DNA of 64,000 bases from Isurus oxyrinchus (lineage: Eukaryota). Position numbers and translations under genes: made by a program. Below are positions 61,750 through 64,000 of this stretch, in pieces. Location of the stretch: NCBI GenBank assembly GCA_026770705.1, contig JANJGN010000026.1, positions 35,526,001 through 35,590,000 on the forward strand. The letters run 5' to 3'. The notes beneath the pieces are model-generated. The model was not told the origin of the DNA. It made no database searches and saw only the letters and a program-made list of their open reading frames with translations. Position 1 is the first letter of the stretch, and every line of letters begins with the position of its first letter.

Positions 61750-64000
61750 AAAACAATAAACTGTGGATGCTGGAAATTGAAAACAAAAACAGAATTACCT
61801 GGAAAAGCTCAGCAGGTCTGGCAGCATCGACGGAGAAGAAAAGTGTTGATGTTTCAAGTCCCCATAACCCTTCCACACAACTGAGTGAATATAAGCAGAG
61901 GGGTGAAATATAAGCTGGTTTAAGGTGGGGGGGAGGGGGAGAAGTGGTTGGGGGGGGGCGGCAGTGTGGTTGTAGGGACAAGCACGCTGTGATAGGAGCA
62001 GATAATCAAAAGATGTCACAGACAAAAGAACAAAAGAACACAAAGGTGTTGAAGGTAGTGATATTATCTAAAGGAATGTGCTAATTATGAATGGATGGTA
62101 GGGATGAGAGGAAGTGAAGGGGCAGGTGTTGCATCTTTTGCGTGGGCATGGAGAGGTGCCATAGGTAGGGGTTGAGGAGTAGGGGTTGATGAAGGAGTGG
62201 ACAAGGGTGTCCCGGAGGGAACGATTCCTACGGAATGCCGCTGGCGGGGGGTGGGGGTGGGGTGTAAAGGAGAAATGTGTTTGGTGGTGGCATCATGCTG
62301 GAGTTGGCAGAAATGGTGGTGGATGATGCTTTGAATGCAGAGGCTGGTGGGATGATAAGTGAGGACAAGGGAGAACCTATCATGTTTCTGGGAGGGAGGA
62401 GAAGGCATGAGGGTAGATGCGCAGGAGATAGGCCAGACACGGTTGAGGGCCCTGTCAACGACCATGGGTGGAAAACCTCGGCTAAGGAGGAAGGAGGACA
62501 TGTCAGAGGAACTGTTTTTGCAGGTAACATCATGAGAACAGATGCGACAGAGGCGAAGGAACTGAGAGAATGGGATGGAGTCCTTACAGGAAGTGGGGTG
62601 CGAGGAGCTGTAGTCGAGGTTGCTTTTGGAGTCTGTAGGCTTGTAATGGATATTGGTGGACAGTATATCACCAGAGATTGAGACAGAGAGGTCAAGGAAG
62701 GGAAGGGAATTTTCAGAGATGGACCATGTGAAAATGATGGAGGGGTGGAGATTGAAAGCAAAATTAATAAATTTTTCCAAGTCCCGACGAGAGCATGAAG
62801 CAGCACCGAAGTAATCATCGATGTACCGGAGAAAAAGTTGTGGAACGGGGCTGGAGTAGGACTGGAACAAGGAACGTTCCACATACCCCATAAAGAGACA
62901 GACATAGCTGGGGCCCAAGCGGGTACCCATAGCCACACCATTTATTTGGAGGAAGTGAGAGGAGTTAAAGGAGAAATTGTTCAGTGTGAGAACAAGTTCA
63001 GCCAGACGGAGGAGAGTAGTTGTGGATGAGGATTGTTCGGGCCACTGTTCGAGGTAGAAGCTAAGGGCCCTGAGAACATCCTGGTGGGGGATGAGGTGTA
63101 GAGGGAATGGACGTCCATGGTGAAGACGAAGCGGTTGTGGCCAGGGAACTGGAAATTGTTGATGTGATGTAAGGTGTCAGAGGAATCACTTCCTCTCTCC
63201 TCACCGTCCAAGGGCCCAAGCATTCCTTTCAAGTGAAGCAGCATTTCACTTGCATTTCACCCAACTTAGTCTACTGCATTCGTTACTCCCAATGTGGTCT
63301 CTTCTACATTGGAGAGACCAAGCGTAAACTGGGCGACCGCTTTGCAGGACACCTGCGGTCTGTCTGGAAGAATTACCCAAACCTCCCTGTCACTTGTCAT
63401 TTTAACACTCCACCCTGTTCTCTTGCCCAGATGTCTGTTCTTGGCTTGCTGCATTGTTCCAGTGAAGCCCAATGCAAATAGGAGGAACAGCACATCATCT
63501 TCCTACGAGGCACTTTACACCCTTCGGGACTGAATATTGAATTCAACAACTTTAGATATTGAACTCCCTCCTCCATCCCCACCTCCTTTCAGTTTCTTCC
63601 CCCACCTTCTGTTTTTTCCAATAATTTATGTGGATTTTTCTTTTCCCACCTATTTCCATTATTTTTAAATATTTTATGCCCTGCTACTCTTTCCACCCCA
63701 CCCCCATTAGAGCTGTACCTTGAGTGCCCTACCATCCATTCTTAGTAAGCACATTCGTTTAGATAATATCACTACCTTCCACACCTTTGTGTTCTTTTGT
63801 TCTTTTGTCGGTGACATCTTTTGATTATCTGCTCCTATTTCTGCTTGCTTGTCCCTACAACCACACCACCACCCCACCACTTATCTCCCCGCACCCCCCC
63901 CCCCACCAACAGACCCCCCCTCCCCCACCTTAAACCAGCTTATATTTCAACCCTCTCCTTATATGCACTCAGTTGTGTGGAAGATTCATGAGGATTCGAA
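61750..64000. mobile_element. Penelope-like element with RT remnant, internal deletion and inversion
   Basis: Minus: AMGTRLGPSY...FLRYIDDYF RT motifs (62085-62936); strand switch near 63187 to plus-strand GIY-YIG and pseudo-LTR running off the window end. Confidence 0.93.

Noticed and set aside
1-64000. NAR-TCR, IgH-like (TAILV) V-D cassettes, or D/J/C segments
   Set aside because: No convincing 12-RSS-flanked D, FGxG J with 5' RSS, IgH-type V with octamer promoter, or C exon was seen by eye; a profile search could still find decayed ones
1-64000. Prokaryotic systems (CRISPR arrays, operons)
   Set aside because: Spliced vertebrate genes and retroelements; the short tandem repeats have no unique spacers

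Overview
Vertebrate genomic DNA, very probably a shark (inferred from the V sequences and the CR1/L2/Tx1/Penelope/Deu-SINE repeat set; species cannot be named). The window lies in the variable-segment array of a T-cell receptor alpha/delta-type locus. I count about 27 V units (leader exon, V exon, 3' heptamer-spacer-nonamer RSS) or remnants, from roughly ten families, in both orientations. Almost all are pseudogenes, and I found no D, J or C segment. Only one V (40584-41134) has an intact leader, splice sites, frame and RSS, and it lacks both Cys23 and Trp41; a paralog shares the Cys23->Tyr change. Other notable patterns: a V clan whose signal peptide is fused to the V exon with no leader intron; a clan-wide 24-bp RSS spacer followed by an RSS-proximal CTCF motif; repeated small deletions that hit RSS heptamers; open V exons disabled mainly at the leader donor or RSS; and Penelope elements with inverted structures and minimal hammerhead ribozymes. 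There are two N gaps. All alignments were done by eye, so repeat boundaries are approximate and alpha versus delta cannot be assigned.
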